NCBI GenBank assembly: GCA_951406725.2
Contig: OX597832.1
Coordinates: 55,490,001-55,554,000, forward strand
Direction of reading: 5' to 3'
Length of the DNA stretch: 64,000 nt
Origin: Octopus vulgaris
Taxonomy: Eukaryota
In this document: in pieces, positions 14,105 through 26,439 of the stretch
Layout: each line of letters opens with the position of its first letter
Numbering within the stretch: position 1 is the first letter of the stretch
Made by a program: the position numbers and the translations under genes
Notes under the pieces: model-generated
What the model saw: the letters and a program-made list of their open reading frames with translations, nothing else
What the model was told of the DNA's origin: nothing
Database searches by the model: none

Positions 14105-14420
14105 ATGCTGAGACTCCCTTCGATCAAGACTGACCATGAAATTGCACCTAGAAATTTACCCTCCGAGGTACAAGTCCGGGCAAGGTTGTTTATGGAAGGC
14201 CAGCAGTCGCCCATGCATATCGGCCTTCCCTCTCCACGCCACGCCACCAGTGTTATCCAAGGGAAAGGCAAAGGGGCCGATACAGCTTGGCACCAGTGAC
14301 TTTGCAACTCATTTCTACAGCTGAGTGAACTGGAGCAACGTGAAATAAAGTGTCTTGCTCAAGAACACAATACGCAGCCCGGTCCAGAGTATCGAACTCA
14401 CCACCTCACGATCGTAAGCC
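14105..14420 (-). mobile_element. tRNA/CORE SINE (head H2, tail T3)
   Basis: Minus strand GAGTTCGATAC box B, TGTGTTCTTGAGCAAGACACTTTA CORE-like domain. Confidence 0.75.
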
Positions 14421-14913
14421 TTCACAATATACATAATATAAAAATGTGTATGTAAGTATGTATGCATATATGTATACATATGTAAATATGCATTTTATAA
14501 TATACATAATATAAAAGCATATTTACATATATATACATACATGCATACATACTTACATACACGCACACTCACACACATACACCCTCTCACATAACCACCA
14601 CACACACATACATAGATATATGCAACAACAAATGTAAACAAATTTTATTTTGTTTTTGGAAGCGTCGAATGTGTATCGTATCATAGAACTCAGTATAGGC
14701 ATGAAAACAGTAGAAATTTAGAACATAGCTGTGTTTCTAATACAATATACATGTATAAATCTCGCTCTCTCTTCGTCGGATTGGCTAAATGATGAAAACA
14801 CCTCTGACGAGACGTCAACAAAGAGCGAAAATCGATTAAAGACGTACATCATTTGTTTTTCAACCTACGGAGAAATGGGGAAATTTGGAATGCTTCTAAG
14901 TCTACTGCTGACG

Positions 14914-14972
<59 letters not shown>

Positions 14973-15009
14973 GCACACACGCAAACGCACATGCACACGC
15001 ACATATAAA

Positions 15010-15240
15010 GCGCAGGCGTGGCTGTGTGGTAAGAAGCTTGTTTCCCAACAACATACTTCAGGGTTCAGTCTTACTGCGTGGCACCTTGGGGAAATATTTT
15101 CTACTACAGCTTCAGGCCGACCAAAGCCTTGTGAGTGGATTTGGTTGGTCGAAACTGAAAGAAACCGATAGAATAAGGACTAGGCTTACAAAGAATAAGT
15201 CCTGGGGTCGATTTGTTTGACCAAAGGCGTTACTCCAGCG
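15010..15240 (+). mobile_element. SINE family A with internal deletion
   Basis: Head joined directly to the CCGATAGAATAAG tail segment. Confidence 0.8.
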
Positions 15241-15482
15241 TTTCTCGTACTTAGACGCGTATGATTGTTACAGATCTTTAGCATCATGTTCACCCTTCTT
15301 ATATTGTTTGTAATATGTGTTATCTGATCCTTATTAGGAGTAGCAATAATTTCCCTTTTCTTTCATCTCGAGCTGACTTTCACCATCTTTATCAACTGCA
15401 CAGTAAATTGTTTGATGCAGTCATCACCGACACCTAGTGTTGCTGGCAGAAAATACATACCAACATCTCAGCCAAACTGCCA

Positions 15483-15557
<75 letters not shown>

Positions 15558-15559
<2 letters not shown>

Positions 15560-15984
15560 ATCTTTTCGGTTTGAACGGCAGTTTTTTCTAGCGGTGTCAT
15601 ATGAAATTGTCATCCATAATTATGACCCTAGTATCGATCTATTGCATTTCAATCTGTTTTAGGGTTAGTTAGGGTTAGGGTTGGGGGAAGGGTATTTTTT
15701 TTTTCTTCACAAATGTAAATAAACCCAATCTGTTTCTTAAACGAGGGACATATTCATACGGCACATAATGTTTTTTAACTCAATAGACGTCATTGATTGG
15801 TTGAAATTGCAGGAATTGAAAAAAAAAAAAAACAACAACAAATATCTTACAAGCTATAGAATTTTCTCAATAAAGCCAAGAGAAAATGATGTTTTATAAA
15901 CACATTCTACCAGTATACGAAGTTTAAAAGTGTTTAGTTACCTAGAATATATGTTAAAAACTGCCGTTCAAACCGAAAAGATCC
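15558..15984 (-). mobile_element. MULE-like MITE with (TTAGGG)n, inverted copy of 11375-11822
   Basis: Same TIRs, reverse-complement interior, inserted in (AT)n. Confidence 0.85.
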
Positions 15985-16270
15985 ATATATATATATATAT
16001 AGACATATATGAACTGAGGAACCCTGAAAAGATACTGCAATGCCCTTCATCATTTATTTCATCATTCTCTCGTATTGGTCGTTCGTTTCAAAGAGTTCCT
16101 ATCGATTTGGTACGGAATGACCCTAACAACACGATCCACTATATCTCTCGCACGTTCCAATGGTATCATAATAAGTATATTTACTAAAGGGGAGATGCAT
16201 TCAACATTCACATGAAATTATATATAAATATACATTCACATATACATACACGCACACATACATATATATT

Positions 16271-16314
<44 letters not shown>

Positions 16315-16358
16315 CATACACATACATACACATATATATATATATATATATTCGTACA

Positions 16359-16411
<53 letters not shown>

Positions 16412-17712
16412 TTATATTTACATACATACGTAAATATATGCATATTCCAAAAAATATAAAAAAAAGGGAGAGCGCTTTTGCGTTTCTTTTCCTACAACAA
16501 TGGCGTCCATTAGCGTGATCAATCGATAAGTTTTCACTAAGATAACACAAGTGAGATGTCTGCTACAACTATAATGCTTCTTACATGTGATATCATATCA
16601 GAAGCATCGACTAAAGACTTCAGGACTTACGATTATGGCATATATATTACTTAGTAGTGGTTAACGATAGACATCAATACTCGAGTTCTCAGCTCTTGAG
16701 TGTTGCTATACGATTTCTGTTCCCCGTTGAAAAAATAATTCCCTTCACGTACACCGCTTTTTTTTTTTTTTTTTGCAAAAGCAATCTTGATAAAGAGACA
16801 GACATCATTCTCTTTATTTCTTTTATTTCCTGTTTCGTTCTCAACTAAGAAATCTATCTCTTAAAATATTCAGGTCATTGAACTGATTTATCGATTTTTC
16901 TCGATCAAGCATACAAGCTGATTTTTCAGTTGGAGAAAAAAATACAACCAGCTCAATTCGAACTCGCTATGTTGGCAGTATTTTTCTTTATCGATTCGCT
17001 GACGAAGTAAGGCGAAGTCAAACTCAAAAATAGTGACTCGAAACAGTTCCACCCTGTGCCTCCTCGTTTACATACTTTCCTTAATGAGCAGAAATATTAA
17101 AAGCGAAATATCATTAGCAAATATGAATTTTCATTAGTAATGAATATTTATTAACTTAATTATGGTTTGATATCTAAACAAAATTAATTCGCTGCCACAC
17201 ATAATGACATATATTTGTACATCTCAGAAACAGCCTGTCTCTAATGAATGCTTGGTTAATTTCACAACTATAAAACTCTATTCAATAACGTTTTGTCTTT
17301 GTTGAATTTTATGTATTTTAACGGTGAAAAGAGAACTATTTATTCTACACTACAATAATTTATGTTATAGTATTGTAGCACTACAGTGGAATAAAAAGGA
17401 CATGAGCCTCAACAACACCAGCGCTCCTATACTATGCTAAAAATCTGAGGGGTCGGGGGACTATGGGGGTAACGAGGAAGAGCAACGGAAATTTGGGTTT
17501 ATTAATAGATATGTTTTCATGAGATCCATTCAGGAATCAGTGTTTTCAGTTCTGGCTGTGTGGTAAGAAATTTGCTTTCCAGGCGCAAGGTTTAGGGTTC
17601 TGTCCCACCACGCGCCACCTCGAGGAAGCGTCTTCTATTTATAACTCCGGGCCGACAAAAGCCTTGTGAGCGGATTATGGATTTGATAGATGGAGATTAA
17701 AAGAAGCTCATT

Positions 17713-17781
<69 letters not shown>

Positions 17782-17898
17782 CATATATACATATATATAT
17801 ATAATTTCAACAATTGAGGGTAAAATTAATTAATTATTAATCAATTTCACCAAGTATTCAGTATGTAAAGGGACCATTTTAGGCGAATTCAAAATATT

Positions 17899-18104
17899 AC
17901 ATTATATATAAGGGCTTAGTAAAATAAATTACTTTGCCACATACTGAACTCATTAGAAATAGCAGCTAAAGAAATTTCTTCAGCTATTTCTAATACTTAA
18001 TACTTTAAGTATAGAAATAGCTGAAGAAATTTCTTTAGCTGCTATTTCTAATGAGTTCAGTATGTGGCAAAGTAATTTATTTTACTAAGCCCTTATATAT
18101 AATG

Positions 18105-18105
<1 letters not shown>
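17899..18105. repeat. Near-perfect ~100 bp-arm palindrome
   Basis: ACATTATATATAAGGGCTTAG...CTAAGCCCTTATATATAATGT; 4-nt loop TACT with one bulge. Confidence 0.95.
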
Positions 18106-18167
<62 letters not shown>

Positions 18168-18321
18168 CACATACACATACACACACATGTATGTATAAAT
18201 ACACACATATATATGTATGTATATGTGTAAGGGGACGTCTTTCTGTTTGTATCCAACCATCACCGCTTGACAAAAAGATGTGGATGAAATATATTTGCAA
18301 TATTTATCCCGGCTCGACTAA

Positions 18322-18926
18322 GGCGGCAAGCTGGCAAAATTGCTAGCACGAAGGGCGAAATGCTTAGCGGCATTTCGTTTGCCGCTACGTTCTGATTTCA
18401 AATTCCGCCGAGGTCGACTTTGCTTTCCATCTTTTCGGGGTCGATTAAATAAGTACCAGTAACGCACTGAGGTCGATATAATCGACTTACTCCGTTTGTC
18501 TGTCCTTGTTCGTCCCCTCTGTGTTTAGCCCCTCGTGGGTAGTAAAGAAATAGGTATTTCGTCTGTTTTTACGTTCTGAGTTCAAATTCCGCCGAGGTCG
18601 ACTTTGCCTTTCATCCCTTCGGGGACGATAAATTAAGTACCAGTTGCGCACTGCGGTGATCTAATTGACTGGCCCCCTCCCCCAAAATTTCAGGCCTTGT
18701 GCCTAGACTAGAAAGAATATTTATCCCAGCTAGACTAAGGTGGTGAACTGGCTGAATTGTTCATACGCCAGCCAAGTTGCTTAGCGGCATTCCATCTGTC
18801 TTTACGTTCCGAGTTCAAATTCCACCGAGGGCGACTTCGCCTTTTTTCTTTCGGGCTCAATAAAAATAAGTAATCGACTTACCCTGTCCCGCAGAACTGC
18901 TGGCCTTGTGCCAAAATTTGAAACCA
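18322..18926 (+). mobile_element. SINE family B dimer followed by a second copy
   Basis: GGCGGCAAGCTGGCAAAA head, two internal units, tail GGCCTTGTGCCTAGA; second head at 18739. Confidence 0.88.
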
Positions 18927-19167
18927 AATGTTATTCCGGTGTATAGACAGCTTTCTGAGTTAACAAATCTTGCAAAGGTCAACTTTGTCTTTCATCATTC
19001 CAGGGGTCAACAAACAAAGAAGTCTTGGGTACGGAAAAACCGAAATTATGAGAGTATTGGACGACTGTTTAAAGCTTTGTTCTCAACCGAACTGGTAGCA
19101 CAAACCGAAAGACGGGGTCAAAGTCAAATTCATCTTTATGATTTGGGAGCATGCCAGCGAGCGAGCA

Positions 19168-19262
<95 letters not shown>

Positions 19263-19463
19263 AGGGACCATCTTCTGAGCTCGCTGTTTCATCGAGCGAC
19301 GACCTCCCGGGTTGATAAAACGCTCCGCCAGGTCCGTGCGACCAACATCCTGCATACCTCGCGACCAACGTCCTGCGCTTCTCACCAACGGTTGCTTCTT
19401 CCGCAACACCCGAGTGCCAACCAAGCACCGGCGACTCCTTGCGAACCGCTTCTGCAACTGTAC

Positions 19464-19504
<41 letters not shown>

Positions 19505-19517
19505 TCTGCAACTGTAC

Positions 19518-19559
<42 letters not shown>

Positions 19560-19574
19560 CGCCGATGTATGCGT

Positions 19575-20065
19575 ATTCTTTTCTACTCTAGGCACAAAGC
19601 CTGAAGTTTTTGAGGGAGAGATCAGTCGATTAGATTGAGCCCTAGTACACAACTGGTACTTAATTTATCGACTCCGAAAGATTGAAAGGCAAAGTCGACC
19701 TCGGCGGAATTTGAACGTAAGCATTTCGCCCGGCGTGCTAACGTTTCTTATTTCTTTATTGCCCACAAGGGGCTACTCACAGAGGGGACAAACAAAGACA
19801 GACAAAGCTATTAAGTCGATTACATCGACCCCAGTGCGTAACTGGTTCTTAATTTATCGACCTCGAAAGGATGAAAGGCAAAGTCGACCTCTGCGGAATT
19901 TGAACTCGGAACGTAAAGACAGATGAAATACCTATTTCTTTACTACCCACAAGGAGTTAAACACAGAGAGGACAAACAAGGAAACGGATTAAGTCGATTA
20001 TATCGACTCCAGTGCGTAACTGGTACTTATTTAATCGACCCCGTTTCTGCCAAGTCGCTGCCTTC
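19575..20065 (-). mobile_element. SINE family B multimer
   Basis: Reverse complement units of family B. Confidence 0.85.
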
Positions 20066-20089
20066 GATGTATGCATATTGGTGAAAAAT

Positions 20090-20460
20090 CAAGCGTGGCA
20101 CGTTGAGCAAGTATCTTCTACCATAGCTTCGGCCCGACGAAAGCCTTCTAAGTGGATTTCGTAGACGGAAACCGAAAGAATCCTGTCGTGTATGTGTATG
20201 TGTGTATATATACACACATATGTAATAAACCAGATGTGTGTGTGTGTATGTCTCTGTGTCTGTGTTTGTTCCCCACCACCGCTTGATAACCGTTGTTGGT
20301 TTGTTTACGTCCTCGTAGGCTAGCGGTTCGGCCATAGTGATCGATAGGATGAGCACCGGGCTTTAAAAAAAAGTTCTAGGGTCGATCCATTCGACCGGAA
20401 AATTCCTCAAGACTGTGCCCCAGCATGGCCGCAGTCTGGTAAATTTGAAACAAATAAATG
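20090..20460 (+). mobile_element. SINE family A, diverged, 5'-truncated
   Basis: Matches family A body and tail. Confidence 0.75.
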
Positions 20461-21283
20461 ATAAAAAAGACAAATGTTAGAAGACCTTTCCATCGAAATC
20501 CGTTATTTCTTTTTTTGTTTTGTATTTCGTTTTTCTTTTTCTGTTTTGTGTTTTTATTGCTCGCCGCCAGAAACGTTGCAAACCAATTATTGACCAACCG
20601 TAAAAAAAAAAAAAAAAAAAAAAAATTACAAAAAAAAAAAAGGAAACCTGCAATCAACGGATTCTATTGTTTAATAAATTGCCAAATGAAATAAATAGAT
20701 AAACAAACAAACAAACAAACAAACAAGCAATGTCTAGGTCTCGAACACTTGCGGTTTTCAGTTCACTGTGTCGCATCTTCGCGGTTATCAGAGCGAGAGA
20801 ACGGCGAGAAGCCTTCATTTTCAACAGCTGGCTTGTTTAGTTCTAACGTGACACAGATGTATTCGTATCGCCATATTGTATCAACAACTTGTGTGTATGT
20901 GTATATAGGTTGTGAGGAGCGGTGGAGGCGCTCTTGGCATTTTATTTATCTTAAACAAAAGGCCGTTACAATATGTGGCATTTGATGTCAATTCACTTTT
21001 TTTTTCACTTTCTCTCCTACTCACTTTTTACTGTTTTCTTCTCCCCCCCTTTCTCTCTGGTTCGGTAACTGTTGTAATTACGATCAAAAGACAATCGATT
21101 ACTTTTGATGTTGCGGCTTTTCAAAAATTTTTTTTTACACCACGTCACGGATGCAATATCAAAATTCGATATTTTTAAATGGCGCTGGGAATGATTGGTC
21201 GGGAGGGATTGTGCTCAATCGATAGCAGTGACGTCTGAATTGCTGTCAAGATATATAAACGGTTGAGATGTTTCAATGGTTGT

Positions 21284-21440
<157 letters not shown>

Positions 21441-21554
21441 AACAGTTGCGCGGCAAGATGGCAGAATCGTTAGCGCATCAAAGACAAACGCATAGCGACC
21501 TTTCGTCTGTTAAGTTTAAGTCGCCGCTTAGCAACTTGCCTGGCGTGCTAACGA

Positions 21555-21914
21555 TTCTTTTCTACTCTAGGCACAAGAACCGAAATTTGTAGGGAGGGGA
21601 CCAGTCGATGAGATCACATCCCAGTACGCAACTGATATTTAATTTATCGACCCCCAAAAGAATGAAAGGCAAAGTCGAACTCGGCGGAATTTGAATTCAG
21701 AACGTAACGACAAACGAAATATCTATTTCTTTACTACCCACAAGGGGCTAAACACAGAGGGGACAAACAAGGACACACAAACGGATTAAGTCAATTATAT
21801 CGACCCCAGTGCGTAACTGGTACTTATTTAATCGACTCCCGAAAGGATGAAAGGCAAAGTCGACCTCGGTGGAATTTGAAATCAGAAGGTAACGGCAGAC
21901 GAAATACCGCTAAG
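21555..21914 (-). mobile_element. SINE family B dimer, head truncated
   Basis: Reverse complement units; joined to RTE fragment. Confidence 0.85.
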
Positions 21915-22215
21915 CTCTACAACAATGTCCAGCAAACTGGGCTCTCCTACCTTTCACAAGAGATGACACAGGTGGTAGTTTCCCATATATTTGCATTTTG
22001 GTTGGATGATGCTTCCACGAGAGATTTTGAGCTCTCATAAGGAGGCGAGTGTAGGTTCCATCCAACCGCCTCTCAAGCTTCTTTGATAACGTCCAGGTTT
22101 CTGAGCCATATAGTAGAATTGGTTCAACTGTGGCTTTGAAGATTTCAAGTTTGAAGTCTCTACTTAGATTTGATGACCAGATCTTATGCATGTCATTACA
22201 GGCTGACCAGGCCTG
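21913..22215 (-). mobile_element. RTE/RTE-X LINE reverse transcriptase C-terminal fragment
   Basis: Open translation KIWSSNLSRDFKLEIFKATVEPILLYGSETWTLSKKLERRLDGTYTRLLMRAQNLSW..RRAQFAGHCCR (LLYGxETW and FAGH motifs of RTE clade). Confidence 0.88.
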
Positions 22216-22241
22216 TTAGTATGCCATCTGTGCGTGTGTGT

Positions 22242-22281
<40 letters not shown>

Positions 22282-22663
22282 TATAAGAACCCCGATGCTT
22301 CTAGAAATGACGAGAAATTTCTTTTCAAAGCGTCAGGAATCTCGTTGTCTCCAAGCGGCGTCGGATTAAGTATTAAGCAAAATAACCACGCGCTTATGCA
22401 TCAAGGCGACGGTGGCGCCACTAATGAGATCACATTACACTTGCTAAAATAATATGCTTCCGTGTTTGCCCCACCCGTCACCGCTTGGCAACCTGTGTTG
22501 GTTTGTTTATGTCCTTGTAACTTAGTGGTTTGGCAAAGTACGACAATGGAATGAATATCACTCTTAAAATAGAATAATTACGGGAGTCGGTCTGTTCGAC
22601 TAAGACCTTTCAAGGTAGTGCCCCAGCTTGGCCAAAGCCCAATGGCAAGTTAAAAGAAAATTA

Positions 22664-22828
22664 TAGGCGCTGGCGTGGCTGTGTGGTAAGAAGCATGCAT
22701 CACAACCACATGGCTCCGGGTTCAGTCCCACTGCGTGGCACATTGAGCAAGTGTCTTCTACTATTGTCTTGGGCCAACCAAAGCCTTGTGAGTGGATTTG
22801 GTAGACGGAAACTGAAAGAAGCCCGTCG

Positions 22829-22894
<66 letters not shown>

Positions 22895-23110
22895 TTATGT
22901 TTGTGTATATGTGTTTGTCCTCCCACCATCGCTTGGCAACCGATGTGGGTGTGTTTACATCCCCGTAATTTAGCGGGTCGGGAAAAGATACCGATAGAAT
23001 AAGTACTTGACTTAGAAAGAATAAGCCCTGGGGTTAATTTGCTCGACTAAAATTGGTGCTCAGCATGGCCGCAATCAAATGACTGAAACAAGTAAAATAG
23101 TAAAAGAGTA
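22664..23110 (+). mobile_element. SINE family A, full length
   Basis: Matches 2337-2760; expanded internal (TA)n. Confidence 0.9.
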
Positions 23111-23119
23111 AAGCGTGTA

Positions 23120-23765
23120 CAGTAATCCCTCGTCATATTGCGGTTCATCTTTCGCGGTTCACTTATCGCGGTTTATTATTTAAACTTATGTCGATTCCTT
23201 CATGGTGTCGTTTTGCATTTATAATAAAATAAATATATACAAGTTATAAAAAATAATACGACAAAATATAGGAGTGGCTGTGTGGTAAGTAGCTTGCTTA
23301 CAACCACGTGGTTCTGGGTTCAGTCCCACTGCGTGGCACCTTGGGCAAGTGTCTTCTACTATAGACTCGGGCCGACCAAAGCCTTGTGAGTGGATTTGGT
23401 AGACGGAAACTGAAAAGAAGCCCGTCTTATATATTTGTATATATATGTATGTATCTGTGTGTATATGTTTGTGTGTCTGTGTTTGTCTCCCCACCATCGC
23501 TTGACAACCGAAGCTGGTGTGTTTACGTCTCCGTGACTTAGCGGTTCGGCAAAAGAGACCGATAGAATAAGTACTAGGCTTACAAAGAGTAAGTCCTGGG
23601 GTTGATTTACTCGACTAAAGGCGGTGCTCCAGCATGGCGCCAGTGAAATAACTGAAGCAATGTAAAAGAGTAAAGAGAGAGTACAGTACTGTTTCTACTT
23701 AACGGATTTTTCACTTAATGCGGGAGTTTTGGAACATAACACCCGCGATAGTCGAGGGATTTCTA
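23120..23765. mobile_element. Tigger/pogo-like MITE split by a SINE
   Basis: TA-CAGTAATCCCTCG left end and CGAGGGATTTCTA right end; subterminal TCGCGG/CCGCGA motifs. Confidence 0.6.
23269..23680 (+). mobile_element. SINE family A, full length, nested in MITE
   Basis: Matches 2337-2760. Confidence 0.9.
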
Positions 23766-24087
23766 TATTTCAAGTCAACGTATCATAAACTCCAATTGTG
23801 CAGACTCGTTTTCAATTTAACTTTCTTCAAGTCAAGGCCTGAAATTTTGGTGGAGGGGACTGATCGATTAAATCAACCCCAGTGCTCAACTGCTACTTAT
23901 TTTATCGATCCGAGTGAGTGGTCAACGGGTACTTATTTTAACGATTCCGAAAGGACGAAACTCTAAGTCGACCTCGGTGGAATTTTGAACTGCGATACGT
24001 AAAGACTGACGAGATGCCGCGAAGTATTTTGTCCGGCGTGCCAACGATTCTGCCAGCGCTGCTTTCCTTGACGTCAATAATATGTCA

Positions 24088-24656
24088 TTGGGAAAGGCAT
24101 GAACACCATAGAAGTACAGTTCCTCATCCTCCCCCACCCCTACCTCAACATACAAGAAATCTAAAGTTTTGCGCCTCTGTAATATAAGAAATCGATATTG
24201 GAAGAAGAAGGAGGAGGAGGAGGAGGAGGAGAAGAAGAAGAAGAAGAAGAAGAAGGAGAAGAAGAAGGAGAAGAAGAAGAAGAAGAAGAAGAAGAAGAAG
24301 AAGAAGAAGAAGAAGAAGAAGAAGAAGAAGAAGAAGCCTCTTAATACGAGGGTCGGCTGAAAAGTTCACCGGTTGACCAACGTACTCTCATGATATATAT
24401 CACTGGGAAAGGCATGAACGCCATAGAAGCACACTTCCTTACCCCTACCTCAACACTCAAGAAATCTAAAGTTTTGCGCCTCTGTAATATAAGAAATCGA
24501 TATTGGAAGAAGAAGAAGAAGAAGAAGAAGAAGAAGAAGAAGAAGAAGAAGAAGAAGAAGAAGAAGAAGAAGAAGAAGAAGAAGAAGAAGAAGAAGAAGA
24601 AGAAGAAGAAGAAGAAGAAGAAGAAGAAGAAGAAGAAGAAGAAGAAGAAGAAGAAG

Positions 24657-24686
<30 letters not shown>
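24088..24686 (+). repeat. Two direct copies of a ~110 bp unit each followed by (GAA)n
   Basis: TGGGAAAGGCATGAAC..AATCGATATTG at ~24089-24200 and ~24404-24505. Confidence 0.9.
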
Positions 24687-24687
<1 letters not shown>

Positions 24688-25499
24688 GTGGAAAGTATTG
24701 GTCTAAATATTAGAATATTTCTGAAGACTGATTTGATATTGGTATTTTATTTATCGCTTTCTTCCTTTAAATGTGCCAGCCTACAAGAACATAATCGAAT
24801 ATCGGCGATATCTCTAACTCGTTCACCGATAGATGTTATCATGTTGTCCAAATATAATTTTTAATAAACCAATGATTGTAAGTGATCGATAATTGATACT
24901 AGCATATCTCCTCCATCTTTTGACGGTGATAAAACTCCATGTGTTCACACCCCCGTCCATTTTTATTAGGAATTTATCCTATAACATCCTCATTTATTTC
25001 AAGATTGAGCTTGTAACACCTTCCTTCATATTCCGTAATCGATATCATATCCAACTTACAAAGAATACTACTCTGAGGTAGTTAAGACCTTAAAAACGGA
25101 AAATTAATGTCGAGAGCAATTGTGGTACGGAAAAATAGGTTAAGTACAATGAGGTTCAACACTATTTTTGTACCATTTAAAAAAAAAAAAAATTAACAAC
25201 TAAACCTATAATACCGACGTTTAGCTGTGTTTTCAAAACAAAACAAAATGAAGAGAAAAATATCCCAATGGATAGGGCGCTAGCCAACTGCAAAAGCACA
25301 CTCTAAGTTATAGGCCAGTAGTGTATATAGATAAAGATAGCTATGGCCGGTCTATGGGGTTACTCTGGGTTACAGCGTTTTTTCAGAACTTGAAACCCGT
25401 TGACCTATGGCCCATCTTGCAAGTGGCGTCTCTATAAAATGGAAGAGGAAAAAATTTCGTTACTCTATGTCAATAACAAGGGATTGTCCTTTTGACAGC

Positions 25500-25790
25500 T
25501 ATTAATTGACCATTTTGGTGTGTGGGTCCCAGGACGCCAGCCAGTAGAAATTTCTTGAAGTGCAAGCAGGGTCCGAAGACTTCCATCCTGGAGTTAATGA
25601 TGTTCTCCGGGTCGACGGAGTTCTTTAATATCTTCGACTGTTCGGCTATGCACAGTTTACAACTCTTAGCTCCATTTATGTAGGTCTGGATTTTCTAGGA
25701 TATTCTATGATATTACGTGCGGAGCTCCGTCGTCTTTTAGCTGCCATACATGGCTGGCTAAGGGCGTAGCGTATCTCCTTTTCGGAAGAT
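25500..25790 (-). mobile_element. Penelope-like element, GIY-YIG endonuclease C-terminal remnant
   Basis: Minus strand with one stop and one frameshift: RRYATPLASHVWQLKD..YINGAKSCKLCIAEQSKI..NIINSRMEVFGPCLHFKKFLL, matching the recalled PLE pattern (HxWxLK, CxLC, LNxRxE, CxH). Confidence 0.72.
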
Positions 25791-26023
25791 ACACACGCGC
25801 ACGTACGACGAGCTTCCTCACAGTTTCTATCTGCCAGACTCACTCGCAAGACATTGGTCGGCTTGGTGCTGCAATAGAAGATATTTTCCCCAAAGTGCCA
25901 CTCATTTAAACTGAACCCAAAACCATGTGCATTCGAAGAGATCTTCTTAACACCACCCCTATTTCGAACATCTTTAAAAACAACGAGACGTATTTTACAT
26001 TGACAGATTCCTATTAAATCAAC

Positions 26024-26125
<102 letters not shown>

Positions 26126-26153
26126 ATATATATATATATAGCCGAATTGAGCG

Positions 26154-26208
26154 TTCCCTACTGATGAGGCAACGGAATTAGCCGAAACTGACCGATCAGT
26201 ATAGGGAA
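26154..26208 (+). ncRNA. Type I hammerhead ribozyme, complete core
   Basis: Stem I TTCCCTA/TAGGGAA; CTGATGA; stem II GGC-aacggaatta-GCC; GAAA; stem III CTGA-ccga-TCAG; cleavage triplet GTA. Confidence 0.88.
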
Positions 26209-26401
26209 TTCACGACCGGTGTTTTTTGGGCAATTACTGTCCTTGTCAGTACATATTTATACAATTATGTGCTTTAACTACAGCATTAGAGCTTTCTAGC
26301 TCTTATTTCTAGCAATGTAGGTGTTTTAATAACCTAGTCATACATAGCGGCAATTATAGTTTTTCCTTTTTGGCAACACATTGCACACAGCTGTCTATAT
26401 T

Positions 26402-26439
<38 letters not shown>

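Noticed and set aside
14805-14845. CTGACGA...GAAA as a hammerhead
   Set aside because: Stems I and II do not pair convincingly
25074-25095. TGAGGTAGT let-7-like seed
   Set aside because: Match stops after 9 nt and no precursor hairpin is evident
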